In this document: piece by piece, positions 20,722 to 31,420 of the stretch | Position numbering within the stretch: the stretch's first letter is position 1 | Layout: every line of letters starts with the position of its first letter | Assembly (NCBI GenBank): GCA_001003605.1 | Contig: LCPL01000001.1 | Coordinates: forward strand, 7,976 to 71,975 | DNA from: Parcubacteria group bacterium GW2011_GWC2_48_17 | GTDB taxonomy: Bacteria > Patescibacteriota > Minisyncoccia > Phycocordibacterales > UBA10002 | Direction: 5' to 3' | Length of the DNA stretch: 64,000 nt | Program-made: the position numbers and the translations under genes | The notes under the pieces: model-generated | The model's database searches: none | What the model was told of the DNA's origin: nothing | Seen by the model: the letters and a program-made list of their open reading frames with translations, nothing else

Positions 20722-21243
20722 ATGAAGGAACGAAACGAACACGCACAATTCGAGAGAATTTATCAGGATACTGCCGACATGCTGTTTCGGTTTTGTTTTG
20801 TAAAGGTCTCTGACAGGGAGGTCGCGTTGGACCTCACGCAAGAGGCCTTTACGCGATTGTATGAGACGATGCAGATTGGCAAAGTGATAGACCACCCTAG
20901 AGCCTGGCTTTTTAAAATCTCTAGGAATCTAGTTATTGACTGGTATAGGAAGAAAAAGCCGATTTCCCTTGAGCAGATGATGGAGCAAGGCGGAGAAGCG
21001 ATTGAGCCAGCAGATAAAGATGGTCGAGAGCATATAGAACTTTCCTCCGAAGCAAAGTTGGTCATCAAAGCATTTGAAAAGCTTGGCGAGGAGTTTCGGG
21101 AGGTTTTGTACTTACGATACGTGGAAGATTTGGAACCGAAAGAGATAGCTCGTATGCTAGGCCTTACGGCGAATCTCGTTTCGGTAAGAATCAGCAGAGG
21201 TATGGAGGAACTTCGAAAGATAATGAGAAGCAGCGATAACTAA
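20722..21243 (+). CDS. ECF-subfamily RNA polymerase sigma factor (sigma-70 regions 2 and 4)
   Basis: Region 2: DLTQEAFTRLYE...AWLFKISRNLVIDWYRKK. Region 4: EVLYLRYVEDLEPKEIARMLGLTANLVSVRISRGMEELRK. Confidence 0.8.
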   Translation: MKERNEHAQFERIYQDTADMLFRFCFVKVSDREVALDLTQEAFTRLYETMQIGKVIDHPRAWLFKISRNLVIDWYRKKKPISLEQMMEQGGEAIEPADKDGREHIELSSEAKLVIKAFEKLGEEFREVLYLRYVEDLEPKEIARMLGLTANLVSVRISRGMEELRKIMRSSDN

Positions 21244-21258
21244 TAAAAATCTGTCACC

Positions 21259-22314
21259 ATGGACAATGATATCTTTAAAAAAGCTCTCGACGAAATAAAA
21301 GGCATCCGTCTCTCAAGAGACGAGAAATCTTTTATCTTGGAAAGAGTTCTCCACGAAGGAATAAAGAGCCCATACTGGAGCCCATATTCAATCATTATGC
21401 GGGTGCGGGAGAACAAACTGTACGCTCTCTCCTTTGCAATTATTCTCCTTGTGTCGGGAGGAGGATCGGTGGTCTTGGCGGCCGAGCGTTCCGTTCCCGG
21501 TGATATTCTGTACCCGATAAAGGTGAAGATTACCGAGCCCGCTCTCGACAAGCTCTATGTTACCGCCGAAGAAAATGCTAGGTGGCAGGGCGAAAAGACT
21601 GCACGGCGACTTCGAGAGGCCGAGACGTTGGCCATTCAAGGCAAACTCGATGAGGAAAAATCTAGGGTAATCGAAGAAAAGATAAAGGAACATACCGAGG
21701 AATTTCGCGCGGTGATACAGGACATTTCAACCACGACCGAATCCGAGACGAGAGAGAGCGTTGAGGTGGAATATGAGTCGAAGGTCAAAGCTCACTCGAT
21801 GATTTTAAGCAAGATCAAGGAGAATAATGAAGAAGAAGCAAAACCGACCATTCAACATGTTGAGAACACCTTGAGCACCGAACTTCAAAGGAATGAGACG
21901 AGGAAAGAAGAGCGAGTGCGGGAGAAGAAAGAAAAGGAAAGGGAGGAGACGCCCGAGGAAGTGACGAAAGTGGACCTGGACCAAAGACTTCTGGATGCCG
22001 AAAAGTCGATTGAGGCCACCGTCGAGAATATTAAAAAAGGAGAAATGAATCTTCGCGACTTCCATGAGGACTTGAGCAAGATGATACTCGAGGAGTCTGA
22101 CAAAATTATGCAGGAAACTCGGAGTAGGATTCGTGAGGCGCGAGAAACCAGAGACAAGGGAAATGCCGACGAGGCAAAAACCATCTCCGATATTGAAGAC
22201 TCAAATCAAAAAGTATTTGAAACGAACACGATGCTCCATGAGATGAAAAAGATAGACAGACCTGCAAGGAAAGAAAAAGCCTCAAAGGAAAAAAGAGAAG
22301 AGAGGAGGCCGTGA
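21259..22314 (+). CDS. Putative anti-sigma factor / DUF5667-like membrane protein with a long E/K-rich coiled-coil tail
   Basis: Immediately downstream of the ECF sigma gene. One TM (YALSFAIILLVSGGGSVVLAA) is followed by PGDILYPIKVKITE. Confidence 0.45.
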   Translation: MDNDIFKKALDEIKGIRLSRDEKSFILERVLHEGIKSPYWSPYSIIMRVRENKLYALSFAIILLVSGGGSVVLAAERSVPGDILYPIKVKITEPALDKLYVTAEENARWQGEKTARRLREAETLAIQGKLDEEKSRVIEEKIKEHTEEFRAVIQDISTTTESETRESVEVEYESKVKAHSMILSKIKENNEEEAKPTIQHVENTLSTELQRNETRKEERVREKKEKEREETPEEVTKVDLDQRLLDAEKSIEATVENIKKGEMNLRDFHEDLSKMILEESDKIMQETRSRIREARETRDKGNADEAKTISDIEDSNQKVFETNTMLHEMKKIDRPARKEKASKEKREERRP

Positions 22315-22351
22315 GAAAGAACCGTCAGAACCGCCCCGTAGCGGGGCAAGA

Positions 22352-22385
22352 TCCCCATCAGCCCATTATTTAGCATTTGCTCACG
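22352..22385. repeat. Perfect 16+16 palindrome TAGCATTTGCTCACGG|CCGTGAGCAAATGCTA (family copy 1). Likely a bidirectional terminator or REP-like element between convergent genes.
   Basis: Exact inverted repeat in the sequence. The same TAGCA..CTCACGGCCGTGAG..TGCTA architecture recurs at ~42827, ~49172 and ~49812. Confidence 0.5.
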
Positions 22386-22407
22386 GCCGTGAGCAAATGC
22401 TAAATCT

Positions 22408-22767
22408 TCACTGGGAAACATACTCCCATTTGCCGTCAAGATAATTAGCAACACACTCGCCACTATAGGGCACACCTTCGGCATCATATCTAATCTTGTG
22501 AATAGAGGCAGAGAATTGCGCGCCGGGAGGGAGTGCCTTATTTCTGTAATCATAAGTGGCTTTTTGGTAGTTGTATTCCAGTTTTTCTCCGTTTTCCAAA
22601 AGAACTTCGATTTCATACAGAGAAACTTCCGTCTCGTTGCTCACTATCCGCAACTCCCGATAGTTCTGACCTTGCAGAATAGTCTCAAAGACACGCGTTA
22701 TCTCCTCCTTCGAGGGAAATTGTTCGGAGGTTTCGCAGGGTCTCAAAAATTTATCTTCTAGACTCAT
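22408..22767 (-). CDS. Hypothetical protein
   Basis: 119-aa ORF with plausible composition. Preferred over the overlapping low-complexity ORF 22206..22616. Confidence 0.35.
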   Translation of the reverse strand: MSLEDKFLRPCETSEQFPSKEEITRVFETILQGQNYRELRIVSNETEVSLYEIEVLLENGEKLEYNYQKATYDYRNKALPPGAQFSASIHKIRYDAEGVPYSGECVANYLDGKWEYVSQ

Positions 22768-22839
22768 ACGGACAATTATACCAGAAGATTCTCTTCAACC
22801 ATTTCGAGAGGATCGAATGGTGATGCTATACTGAAGCGA

Positions 22840-23922
22840 ATGCTGAAACGGGCCAAATCATTTATCGAGCGAAATGAGCGTCGGCTCTCTATACTCGCGT
22901 TTTCACTCGGCTTTCTTTGGGACAGCCTCACCTTAACTTCCGTTGACGGCCTGTTCGACAACATCGTTCTACTGTCCTATATTGTCGTCGCCTTCGCGAG
23001 CATAATGCTCTTAAACGCGCCCGGCGCGCGAAATTTCCAAAGCTCGCTCGCGAGGCGCGGAGTAAATCTCGCGGAGTTCCTTCTGCCGTTCTCGTTTGGA
23101 GGGCTCTTCAGCGGGTTCCTAATTTTTTATTCAAGGAGCGGCCCCTTACTTTCAAGCGCGCCGTTTTTGCTTTTTATTCTGCTTCTATTCTTGGGTAATG
23201 AATTCTTTAGACGGCATTATGAGCGGTTCATTTTTCAGATGAGCGTATTTTTTGTGGCACTCTTCTCGTATGTAGCTCTCATCATACCCGTTCTCCTAGG
23301 ACGCATGGGGGATATGATATTTCTCCTCAGCGGGGTGGTAACGCTGTTTCTCTTTTGGTGCGCTCTTAAGATTCTCTCGCTCATCTCGCGCGAGGAAATA
23401 CGCAAAAGTAAGTTCTCACTTTTGGCGATTGTGATAAGTATCTTCGTTACATTCAACTTTCTGTATTGGAGCAACATGATTCCGCCCATTCCGCTTTCCC
23501 TAAAGGAAATTGGAATCTATCATAACGTGGAGCGGACGCGAAGCGGCGAGTACCGCTTAACTTTCGAAAAAGCGCCATGGTATGCGTTTGGACAAAAAAC
23601 AAGCGCGGTCTTTCATAGACAAGGTAGCATGCCGATATACGCCTTTAGCTCGGTGTTCGCGCCAACGCGGCTTCTCACGGAGGTCGCGCATCGTTGGGCC
23701 TATTTCGATGATCAAAAAGACAGATGGATTGACTCGACCGTGGTCGGCTTTCCAATCTCCGGAGGGCGCGAGAACGGTTTTCGAGGATACTCGAAGAAGG
23801 AGACAATTTCCCCCGGGAAGTGGCGCGTAGATGTTGAAACGCTCCGCGGACAGACCATCGGTCGGTTTGTCTTTGAGGTTATAGGGGTATCTCCTCCGCC
23901 GCTTAAGGAAGAAACTCGATAA
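22840..23922 (+). CDS. Hypothetical polytopic membrane protein with a C-terminal soluble domain
   Basis: About 7 hydrophobic helices, then a ~130-aa hydrophilic C-terminal domain. Confidence 0.45.
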   Translation: MLKRAKSFIERNERRLSILAFSLGFLWDSLTLTSVDGLFDNIVLLSYIVVAFASIMLLNAPGARNFQSSLARRGVNLAEFLLPFSFGGLFSGFLIFYSRSGPLLSSAPFLLFILLLFLGNEFFRRHYERFIFQMSVFFVALFSYVALIIPVLLGRMGDMIFLLSGVVTLFLFWCALKILSLISREEIRKSKFSLLAIVISIFVTFNFLYWSNMIPPIPLSLKEIGIYHNVERTRSGEYRLTFEKAPWYAFGQKTSAVFHRQGSMPIYAFSSVFAPTRLLTEVAHRWAYFDDQKDRWIDSTVVGFPISGGRENGFRGYSKKETISPGKWRVDVETLRGQTIGRFVFEVIGVSPPPLKEETR

Positions 23923-24497
23923 CCCGTGACTCTTGCGTTCCTTATATTTTTTAGGTATACTTTTTACCGGTTCGTCAAATCGTCAATCCAGCCAAACCCA
24001 CAAGAAAAAAAATGATAAGCAATAACGGCGTTTGTCCCAACTGCCAAAGAAGGCCCCTCAACGGCCTCAAGTGCGTGTACTGCAAGTATCAATCGAACGC
24101 TTCGCCTGTAATGAGCGTCATAGCCCATCGGTTTCAACAAGAACTGCAGGAACATAGGCGTCGGGCGGCGCGCGCCAAAATGCTTCCCTGGAACTAATCA
24201 GGAGAATCCTCATTGTACTTTGTAAGGCGTCGCGAGTGATGCGACGCCTTCTATTTTAGTGTATACTCTTATTTATTATAAAGCTTTAGGTGTCATCTTA
24301 TGAATAAGAAAGAAAAACAAGCCCGCAAAAAACAGCGTAAAAAACACGGCAAGAAGATATCGGTGCGTCATCGCTAAATCAGCTTGTTAGCTTTTTAGCA
24401 GGTTAGCTTGTTAGTTCTTTTATTCAGTTTGCTGTCGCATTACCTGTCGCTTTTTCCTTCTACTTTTTCTACTAACTACCTTCTACTTACTGTTTTC

Positions 24498-25157
24498 ATG
24501 ATTATTACCCATTTTGGCGGAGAATTTATCAAAGTGCAATTTGGCGACGTGGTGTTCGCGTTCAATCCGCCTTCCCGCGACTCGAAACTAAAAACCGCGC
24601 GTTTTGGAGCCGATATCGCACTCATAAGCGCGAACCACCCGGATTTTAACGGGGTAGACATCGTGACTCACGGCGACCATAGACCGTTTGTCATTTCCGG
24701 TCCCGGAGAGTATGAAATAAGAGGCATCGTTGTTCGAGGTTTTGCCACCGAGTCCGATTACGGAACGGATGGGAAGAGTAAGCGCATAAACACCGTCTAC
24801 ACGGTAGCGCTTGAGGGAATGAAGCTCTGTTTCCTCGGAGCGCTTTCCTCCGGCGAACTTCCCGACGTCTTGAAGGAAGAGCTGGATGAGATAGATATTT
24901 TGTTCATCCCAATCGGCTCTATCGGCGTTCTATCTCCTTCTTCGGCAAACAAGCTCGCGGTTGCCCTCGAGCCGCGTCTTGTCATTCCAATCCATTTTGC
25001 TGGCATTGGGGATAAGAACGCACTCAAACAGTTTTTAAAAGAATCCGGTGAGGAGAATTCGTCATCTTCCGGACGAGCGTTGGACAAGCTGACGCTCAAG
25101 AAGAAGGACCTTGAAGGGAAAGAAGGCGAAGTCGTAGTACTAGCTGCTAGCTTCTAG
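24498..25157 (+). CDS. MBL-fold metallo-hydrolase (UPF0173-like)
   Basis: MIITHFGGEFIKVQFGDVVFAFNPP...DIALISANHPDF...IPIH resembles small MBL-fold hydrolases. The start was moved to Met 24498 because the upstream part of the ORF is repeat-derived. Confidence 0.45.
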   Translation: MIITHFGGEFIKVQFGDVVFAFNPPSRDSKLKTARFGADIALISANHPDFNGVDIVTHGDHRPFVISGPGEYEIRGIVVRGFATESDYGTDGKSKRINTVYTVALEGMKLCFLGALSSGELPDVLKEELDEIDILFIPIGSIGVLSPSSANKLAVALEPRLVIPIHFAGIGDKNALKQFLKESGEENSSSSGRALDKLTLKKKDLEGKEGEVVVLAASF

Positions 25158-25228
25158 CTGTCAGGTTCTAGTATGGCGGATGAGGTCCTTCCTAGAAGCT
25201 AAAACCTAAAACCTAAAACCTAGAACCT

Positions 25229-25549
25229 ATGCTGTTTCTTATCTCCAAATTACAGCGGAAGCCGGAACGCGTTCGCAAAAAAATCGCGTTCGTCGCATCT
25301 GCGATTATAACAGGCATCATAGTAATTATCTGGCTCACTTCTTTAAGTGTCGCTACTCCCGAAACCTCTTCCAAATCCGCTTTGAGCGGAGATGACGTCG
25401 GTCCATTTCAGGCACTTACCGAAAACTTAAGCGTGTTCTTTTTAGACGCGTCCGAAACAATCCAAACGGCGGTAAGCGCCTTTTCCGGGGCCTCAGACAA
25501 AGCTGCGCCGCCTCAAGAAAAAGAGGTTGCCCCGCCTGTCACGCAGTAA
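25229..25549 (+). CDS. Small hypothetical membrane protein (1 TM)
   Basis: 106-aa ORF with one TM (ASAIITGIIVIIWLTSLSV). Preceded by an (AAAACCT)x3 repeat. Confidence 0.35.
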   Translation: MLFLISKLQRKPERVRKKIAFVASAIITGIIVIIWLTSLSVATPETSSKSALSGDDVGPFQALTENLSVFFLDASETIQTAVSAFSGASDKAAPPQEKEVAPPVTQ

Positions 25550-25555
25550 CAAATC

Positions 25556-25598
25556 CCGAGCATCTGATTCTCGTAATTTACGAGAATCAGATGCTCGG
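25556..25598 (+). other. Perfect 21-bp-arm stem-loop directly upstream of gyrA
   Basis: ccgagcatctgattctcgtaa t ttacgagaatcagatgctcgg. No T-run follows it; GGAGGAGGTG follows instead. Confidence 0.5.
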
Positions 25599-25676
25599 AG
25601 GAGGTGGCGCAAGCTCAAAATATATAGTAATATAATTCAATAATATGACGGGAGATTAAAGCCTGTTTCTAACGGG

Positions 25677-28127
25677 ATGCCAAACACTGAACCAAAAACA
25701 CCTCGATTGACTGGAATTATAGCCAGGAGCATTACGACCGAGATGAAAGAATCGTACCTTGACTACGCGATGTCGGTTATTACTGCGCGCGCCCTTCCTG
25801 ACGCAAGGGACGGACTGAAACCGGTGCATCGCCGCATACTTTTCTCCATGCATGAAATGGGTCTTACCGCTTCCGCGAAGACCAGAAAATCCGCCACCGT
25901 GGTCGGTGACGTACTGGGGAAGTATCACCCACACGGCGATATCTCGGTATATGACGCGATGGTGAAAATGGCGCAGACATTTTCATTTCGCTATCCCCTC
26001 GTCATCGGCCAAGGCAATATGGGGAGCCTCGACGGCGACCCGCCGGCCGCGTACCGCTATACCGAAGCAAAAATGTCTCGGCTTTCCAGTGAAATGCTTC
26101 GTGACATTGAGAAAGACACGGTTGACCTTCGTCCAAATTTTGACGGCACACGCAAAGAACCGGTTGTCCTTCCAGCAGCAGTCCCGAATCTTTTGCTCAA
26201 CGGAACACTCGGCATCGCCGTCGGTATGGCGACCAACATACCACCGCACAACCTTCGCGAGGTTTTGTCGGCGACAATATACCTTATAGAAAATGAAGAC
26301 GCCACGACCGAAGACCTCCTAAAATTCGTGCATGGTCCGGATTTTCCGACTGGAGGCGTTGTGTTCGGTTCGAAAGATTTGCAGCACGCATACTCGACCG
26401 GAAAAGGAGGCGTCATGGTTCGAGGTGTCGCCGAGATAATAGAACAAAAAAGCGGCCAATTTCAAATCATCATCACTTCTATTCCATACCGTGTGAACAA
26501 GGCGGAGATGATTGTCAAAATTGCAGATCTCGTCCGAGAAAAAAAGATAGATGGCATAAAAGGCCTTCGCGACGAATCCACAAAAGACGTGCGGATAGTG
26601 ATAGACCTAAAGCAAGGAAGTTTTCCAGAGAAGGTTCTAAACTTCCTCTACAAACATACCCAGCTAGAGGAAACCTTCCATTTTAATACCGTAGCGCTCA
26701 TAAGAGGCGTTCCGCAAACGCTTTCCCTCAAGGCCTTGCTTTCCGAATTCATATTTCACAGAAAGGAGGTGGTGAAGAGAAGGAGTCTTTACGACCTTGC
26801 GCGCGCTAGGGAGCGGGAGCATATCCTTCTCGGACTTAAAAAAGCTCTTGACCATATTGATGAAATCATTAAGCTCATCAAGAAGTCAAAAGACGTTGAC
26901 GAAGCGCGCTCTTCTCTTATGAGAGCTTTCAGATTTTCCGAGCTTCAAGCGCAGGCCATTCTTGATATGCGCCTTCAGAAGCTTTCCGGACTCGAGAGAA
27001 AGAAGATTGATGACGAACTTCATGTCGTGAAGGATCTTATCGAGGAGCTAGAGTCAATTTTGGGTAGTCCGAAGAAGATTCTTTCGGTCATCAAAAAGGA
27101 GCTCGAGGAAATAAGCGAGAAATATGGAGATGAACGCAGAACGCGCGTCGTGAAGCATGGAGTCAAGGAGTTTTCCGAAGAAGACCTCATTCCGGATGAG
27201 GACGCGGTGCTCCTCCTCACCAAGGGGGGATACATCAAACGCACCGACCCTGAGGAATACCGCAAACAGCGCCGCGGAGGCGTGGGCGTCGTAGACCTCG
27301 ACACCAAAGATGAAGATTTCGTAACGCACGTAATCACGGGGACTACGCACAATGACATCCTTTTATTTACCGATAAGGGCAAGGCATTTCAGATAAAGAT
27401 GTATGAAATTCCGGAAGGGAGACGCGCTACCAAGGGAAAGTCCGTCATGAATTTTCTCCCGCTCGCCGCGGACGAAAAAGTAACCTCCATCCTTCCCATG
27501 CCGAAAGAAGTGAAATCTACCAAACTTTCTCTATTTATGATGACCAAGAACGGTGTTGGCAAGAAAACGGCAGCGGCGAGTTTCCATGATGTGCGTCGTA
27601 GCGGCCTCGTTGCCATTAAATTAAAGTTTGGTGACGAGCTTGTGTCCGCGTCATTCGTCGAAAAAGGCGATGAAGCTATACTCGTTACAGGAAAAGGCCA
27701 ATCTATAAGGTTTAAGGAAAGCGATATCCGCGAAATGGGTCGTGGTGCTTCTGGAGTAAGAGCAATGCGCCTTAGAAAAGGGGATTCAATTGTTGGTACA
27801 GGTATTATTTCCAGGAAAATGGAGCATCCAGAACTTCTGGTCATTATGAAGAACGGTTACGGCAAGAAAACCAAGCTCAAGGAATACAAAACGCAAAAAC
27901 GAGGCGGGTCAGGCGTTAAAACCGCCAAGATTACCTCAAAAACAGGCGAACTTATCGCGGCGCACATCGTAACGTCTCCTGAAGAGGAAGTCGTGGCCAT
28001 CTCAAGGAAAAGCCAGGTTATTCGAACTGGCGTGAGTGAGATTGCGAGTTTGGGAAGACAGACGCAGGGAGTACGGATTATGAAACTCCGGGAGGGGGAC
28101 AGTATTGCGTCATTGACGTGTCTTTGA
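25677..28127 (+). CDS. gyrA: DNA gyrase subunit A
   Basis: [27 protein letters not shown] active-site region. The C-terminal repeats carry the GyrA-box-like QRRGGVG. Confidence 0.9.
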   Translation: MPNTEPKTPRLTGIIARSITTEMKESYLDYAMSVITARALPDARDGLKPVHRRILFSMHEMGLTASAKTRKSATVVGDVLGKYHPHGDISVYDAMVKMAQTFSFRYPLVIGQGNMGSLDGDPPAAYRYTEAKMSRLSSEMLRDIEKDTVDLRPNFDGTRKEPVVLPAAVPNLLLNGTLGIAVGMATNIPPHNLREVLSATIYLIENEDATTEDLLKFVHGPDFPTGGVVFGSKDLQHAYSTGKGGVMVRGVAEIIEQKSGQFQIIITSIPYRVNKAEMIVKIADLVREKKIDGIKGLRDESTKDVRIVIDLKQGSFPEKVLNFLYKHTQLEETFHFNTVALIRGVPQTLSLKALLSEFIFHRKEVVKRRSLYDLARAREREHILLGLKKALDHIDEIIKLIKKSKDVDEARSSLMRAFRFSELQAQAILDMRLQKLSGLERKKIDDELHVVKDLIEELESILGSPKKILSVIKKELEEISEKYGDERRTRVVKHGVKEFSEEDLIPDEDAVLLLTKGGYIKRTDPEEYRKQRRGGVGVVDLDTKDEDFVTHVITGTTHNDILLFTDKGKAFQIKMYEIPEGRRATKGKSVMNFLPLAADEKVTSILPMPKEVKSTKLSLFMMTKNGVGKKTAAASFHDVRRSGLVAIKLKFGDELVSASFVEKGDEAILVTGKGQSIRFKESDIREMGRGASGVRAMRLRKGDSIVGTGIISRKMEHPELLVIMKNGYGKKTKLKEYKTQKRGGSGVKTAKITSKTGELIAAHIVTSPEEEVVAISRKSQVIRTGVSEIASLGRQTQGVRIMKLREGDSIASLTCL

Positions 28128-28181
28128 AATTAAGGAGCAAAGCGACTATAATTTCTTAGACCCCGTTAAACCTCCTGCAAA

Positions 28182-28448
28182 TTGATGATACAATTCTACT
28201 ACACGTACGTTTTATACTCAGAGTTCGATAAGAAACTATACGTTGGTTGTACACAGAATTTGCAGGAGAGATTTAAGGCGCACTCGAAAGGTGAGGTGCC
28301 TGCTACCAGGAACCGTCGACCGCTAAAGTTACAATATTACGAAGCATGTCATGATTTGAGAGACGCTCGTCATCGTGAACAGTATCTCAAAACAACTCAC
28401 GGCCGCCGGTTTATCAGGCAGCGCCTTAAATCATATTTAACGGGGTGA
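28182..28448 (+). CDS. GIY-YIG nuclease family protein (small, stand-alone)
   Basis: YTYVLYSEFDKKLYVGCTQNLQERFKAH is the GIY...YVG motif pair. Confidence 0.7.
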   Translation: MMIQFYYTYVLYSEFDKKLYVGCTQNLQERFKAHSKGEVPATRNRRPLKLQYYEACHDLRDARHREQYLKTTHGRRFIRQRLKSYLTG

Positions 28449-28502
28449 CGATTTTGTAACATCTCACTTTCGCAGAATCAAGTTCACTTAACAAAATCAG
28501 TC

Positions 28503-29027
28503 ATGTTCTCCGACCCCTCACAATGCATTGAACAATTTGACCTCCAAAGCGGCTCGCGCGTGGCCGACCTTGGCGCGGGCACCGGCGCGTTCGCGATTGC
28601 CGCTGCAAAAGCGGTGGGCGAGGCCGGCAAGATTTACGCCGTAGAAGTACAGAAGGGCCTTTTGGAGCGGCTCAAAAGCGAGGCCCGCGCGGCGCGCGCG
28701 CATAATGTGGAGGCGCTGTGGGGAGACATTGAACGCGTGCAGGGTACACACCTCAAAGACGCCTCCATTGACGCCGCCGTTGCGTCAAATGTGCTGTTTC
28801 AGGTTGAAGATAAAAACGGTTTTGTAACGGAAACGAAACGTATATTAAAACCAGGCGGCAAAGCGCTTCTCATAGACTGGACGGATTCTTGGAATGGTAT
28901 GGGTCCGCACAAGACCCAGGTAGTCACCGAAAACGCCGCTCGCGAGCTTTTTGAAAAGGCCGGCTTTCAGTTCGTAAAGAAAATCGACGCCGGAGAGCAC
29001 CACTATGGGTTAGTATTTAGAAAGTAG
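28503..29027 (+). CDS. Class I SAM-dependent methyltransferase
   Basis: VADLGAGTGAFAI (motif I) ... KPGGKALLIDW (post-I/II). Confidence 0.6.
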   Translation: MFSDPSQCIEQFDLQSGSRVADLGAGTGAFAIAAAKAVGEAGKIYAVEVQKGLLERLKSEARAARAHNVEALWGDIERVQGTHLKDASIDAAVASNVLFQVEDKNGFVTETKRILKPGGKALLIDWTDSWNGMGPHKTQVVTENAARELFEKAGFQFVKKIDAGEHHYGLVFRK

Positions 29028-29050
29028 AGGGTAGGTGGTAGAAAAAGACA

Positions 29051-29401
29051 ATGAAGGAATGGAATTACAAGAATCTTATTGTGTGGCAGAAGGCAATTGA
29101 TGTGGCCGTAAAAGTCTATCGTCTCACTGACACTTTCCCCAAAAACGAACAATACGGACTGATGTCTCAAATTCGCAGAGTAGCGTCCTCAATTTCAGCA
29201 AATATCGCGGAAGGTAGTCGGAGAAAAGGACCGAAAGACAGAGTCCATTTTTTTGTCATGGCGTATGGTTCTGGGGCTGAATTAGAATCCCACTTGGAAT
29301 TAGCTAAGCGTCTTTCGTTAGTATCTGAAGAGTCCCTAAAAGAAATGCCGGCGCTTTTAGACGAGGTGATGAAAATGTTAAACCGTCTCACCAGTGTATA
29401 A
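29051..29401 (+). CDS. Four-helix-bundle protein (23S rRNA intervening-sequence protein family, the same family as DGR Avd), copy 1
   Basis: KNLIVWQKAIDVAVKVYRLTDTFPKNEQYGLMSQIRRVASSISANIAEG...GSGAELESHLELAKRL is the canonical family signature. Confidence 0.75.
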   Translation: MKEWNYKNLIVWQKAIDVAVKVYRLTDTFPKNEQYGLMSQIRRVASSISANIAEGSRRKGPKDRVHFFVMAYGSGAELESHLELAKRLSLVSEESLKEMPALLDEVMKMLNRLTSV

Positions 29402-29476
29402 TTTTTAACCTGCTTGGGTTATACTTGAGTCGTTTCTCTTGCTACCTTCTACCCTCTACTTTCTACCTTCTAAACC

Positions 29477-30736
29477 ATGAATTCCTTCCAAATCATCGTC
29501 CTCGGTATCTTCGCCTTCTTCATTGTCGCCGGACTCGCGGCAATATCCCTCGTCAAGCAAAACGCCGGAGCGGAAGTCATATCGCTCACGATGTGGGGAA
29601 GCGTTGATAAAGACTTGGTTGAGAGTATCATCGGTAGCACCGTAAACAGCGAAACGCTCAAGGTTTCCTACAGGGAGATTCCGGAATGGTCGCTTGATAA
29701 AGAGATTGTAGAGGCGCTTGCGGTGCGTCGCGGTCCCGATATGCTTCTCCTGCCGCTTCCGCTTCTCACTCGCTACAAAGACAAACTGTTAGTAATCCCA
29801 TACAGCACTTATCCGGAACGCACATTCAAGGACACATTTATGCAGGAAGGAGACCTTTTCTTATCAAAGAATGGCATAATCGCTTTCCCTTTTTTACTTG
29901 ACCCGATGGTCATGTATTTCAATCGGGATTTGCTTGATGAAGTGAAAAAGCCCCAGGCGCCGAGATTTTGGGATGAATTTATCTCGCTCGCAAGGGACCT
30001 TACTTTGCGCGATGAGTATGGCAATATCTCGCGCAGCGCCGTCGCACTGGGCGAATATCGGAATATAAACCACGCGCGCGAGATTCTGGCGACGCTTTTT
30101 ATGCAGAGCGGAAACCCCATCGTCGCCAAAGGAGATTCCGTAAATAAGGTTACGCTGGACAAAAGTGGCACCTCTCCAGTGCTAGATTTTTACACTGAAT
30201 TCGCGAATCCGCAGAAACCCGTATATTCTTGGAATCGCTCGCTTCCGAGCGCGAGAAGCGCGTTTCTAGCCGCGAACCTAGCAATATACTTCGGTTTTGG
30301 GAGCGAATATGATGGACTGCGCAAAGGGAATCCCAATCTTGATTTTGATATCGCGCCATTTCCGAGGCCCCGAGACGCGAGTATCGCCATCACCTATGGC
30401 AAGCTCACTGGAGTGTCAATTCTCCGTACGGCTTCCAATACTGGAGTGGCCCTTCAAGTCGCTCTAACGCTCGTTAGTCCGAGGGCTCTAAACATACTTC
30501 GCTCCAAAACCGGGTTCCCGCCAGTTCATAGAGGTCTTCTTACTGCAAAGCCGACGGATGCTTTTGGAGCCGTTATGTACGATTCCGCTTTCATGGCGCG
30601 CGGATTTATTGACCCAAACCCGGCAGTATCCGCGGGAATATTCAGGAACATGATAGAATCGGTTACAAGCGGCAGAGCGCGGAGCAAAGAGGCGCTCCAA
30701 AAGGCGAATACGGAAATGAAAGAAGCGTTCCGGTAG
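29477..30736 (+). CDS. Membrane-anchored extracellular solute-binding protein (ABC-transporter substrate-binding family, tentative)
   Basis: N-terminal TM anchor. MalE-like substrate-binding-protein features (LTMWGS..., DMLLL, ...). Confidence 0.4.
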   Translation: MNSFQIIVLGIFAFFIVAGLAAISLVKQNAGAEVISLTMWGSVDKDLVESIIGSTVNSETLKVSYREIPEWSLDKEIVEALAVRRGPDMLLLPLPLLTRYKDKLLVIPYSTYPERTFKDTFMQEGDLFLSKNGIIAFPFLLDPMVMYFNRDLLDEVKKPQAPRFWDEFISLARDLTLRDEYGNISRSAVALGEYRNINHAREILATLFMQSGNPIVAKGDSVNKVTLDKSGTSPVLDFYTEFANPQKPVYSWNRSLPSARSAFLAANLAIYFGFGSEYDGLRKGNPNLDFDIAPFPRPRDASIAITYGKLTGVSILRTASNTGVALQVALTLVSPRALNILRSKTGFPPVHRGLLTAKPTDAFGAVMYDSAFMARGFIDPNPAVSAGIFRNMIESVTSGRARSKEALQKANTEMKEAFR

Positions 30737-30842
30737 AGACAAATACCAATCTGCAAATGTATACCAATTTTCCAATACCTGCGAATAAGAGTTAAGAATC
30801 CGAATTGGTAGGTATTTGTAGATTGGAATGGATTAGTTATCA

Positions 30843-31415
30843 TTGGTATCTGTCATGTCTCGTTTTTTCCCAATCTCAATACTTTCCACTCTTGTTCTAC
30901 TTGGAACGGTCATCCCGTTCGCTCATGTCGCGAACGCGCAACAACAAACGAACCCGCCAGGCGAAACCAAATACGACGATGCGTATGTCCCGTGCGGGTA
31001 CGCTGATACAAAAGACAAACAAGGGAAACCGGCAGAACAAACAATCACCTTACCCGATGGCACTACAAAAACTATCCCCGGAGACGGCGTCGTAGACAAC
31101 CCCTGCAAATTCACGCACATCATTGAGCTTGCAAAAAAGCTCATCATGGGTTGGATTATCGCCGGTGTTATAATTGCGACTATGGGTTTCGCGTACGCAG
31201 GGCTTCTCTACATTACCGCCATGGGCTCATCGGAGAAAGTGAGCCACGCGCACTCAATTTTCATAAAAACCTTCTGGGGATTCGTGTTCATGCTTTCCGC
31301 GTGGCTTATAGCGTATACTATGGAGAGCATTTTCCTTTCCAAGGAGGCAAAGTGCAATTCGTTTTTGACCACTCCCGAAGATAGAGTAAAATTGGGGTGT
31401 CCAACGACCCCATAA
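30843..31415 (+). CDS. Secreted two-TM pilin-like protein, paralog 1 (TrbC/VirB2-like architecture)
   Basis: Signal peptide. Two hydrophobic helices are separated by a short charged loop (..AMGSSEKVSHAHS..). Shares the core with six downstream paralogs. Confidence 0.45.
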   Translation: MVSVMSRFFPISILSTLVLLGTVIPFAHVANAQQQTNPPGETKYDDAYVPCGYADTKDKQGKPAEQTITLPDGTTKTIPGDGVVDNPCKFTHIIELAKKLIMGWIIAGVIIATMGFAYAGLLYITAMGSSEKVSHAHSIFIKTFWGFVFMLSAWLIAYTMESIFLSKEAKCNSFLTTPEDRVKLGCPTTP

Positions 31416-31420
31416 GAAAT

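Noticed and set aside
22206-22616. 136-aa minus-strand ORF overlapping 22408..22767
   Set aside because: Low-complexity. Overlaps a more plausible ORF and the palindromic terminator region.
24012-24197. 61-aa ORF with CxxC..CxxC (MISNNGVCPNCQRR...CVYCKY)
   Set aside because: Possibly a real small zinc-ribbon protein. There is no RBS or other support and it lies in a repeat-rich gap, so it is left unannotated.
29425-29607. 60-aa ORF translating CTACCTTC repeats (..LLPSTFYLL..)
   Set aside because: Out-of-frame overlap with the start of 29477..30736. The sequence is the intergenic repeat, not coding.
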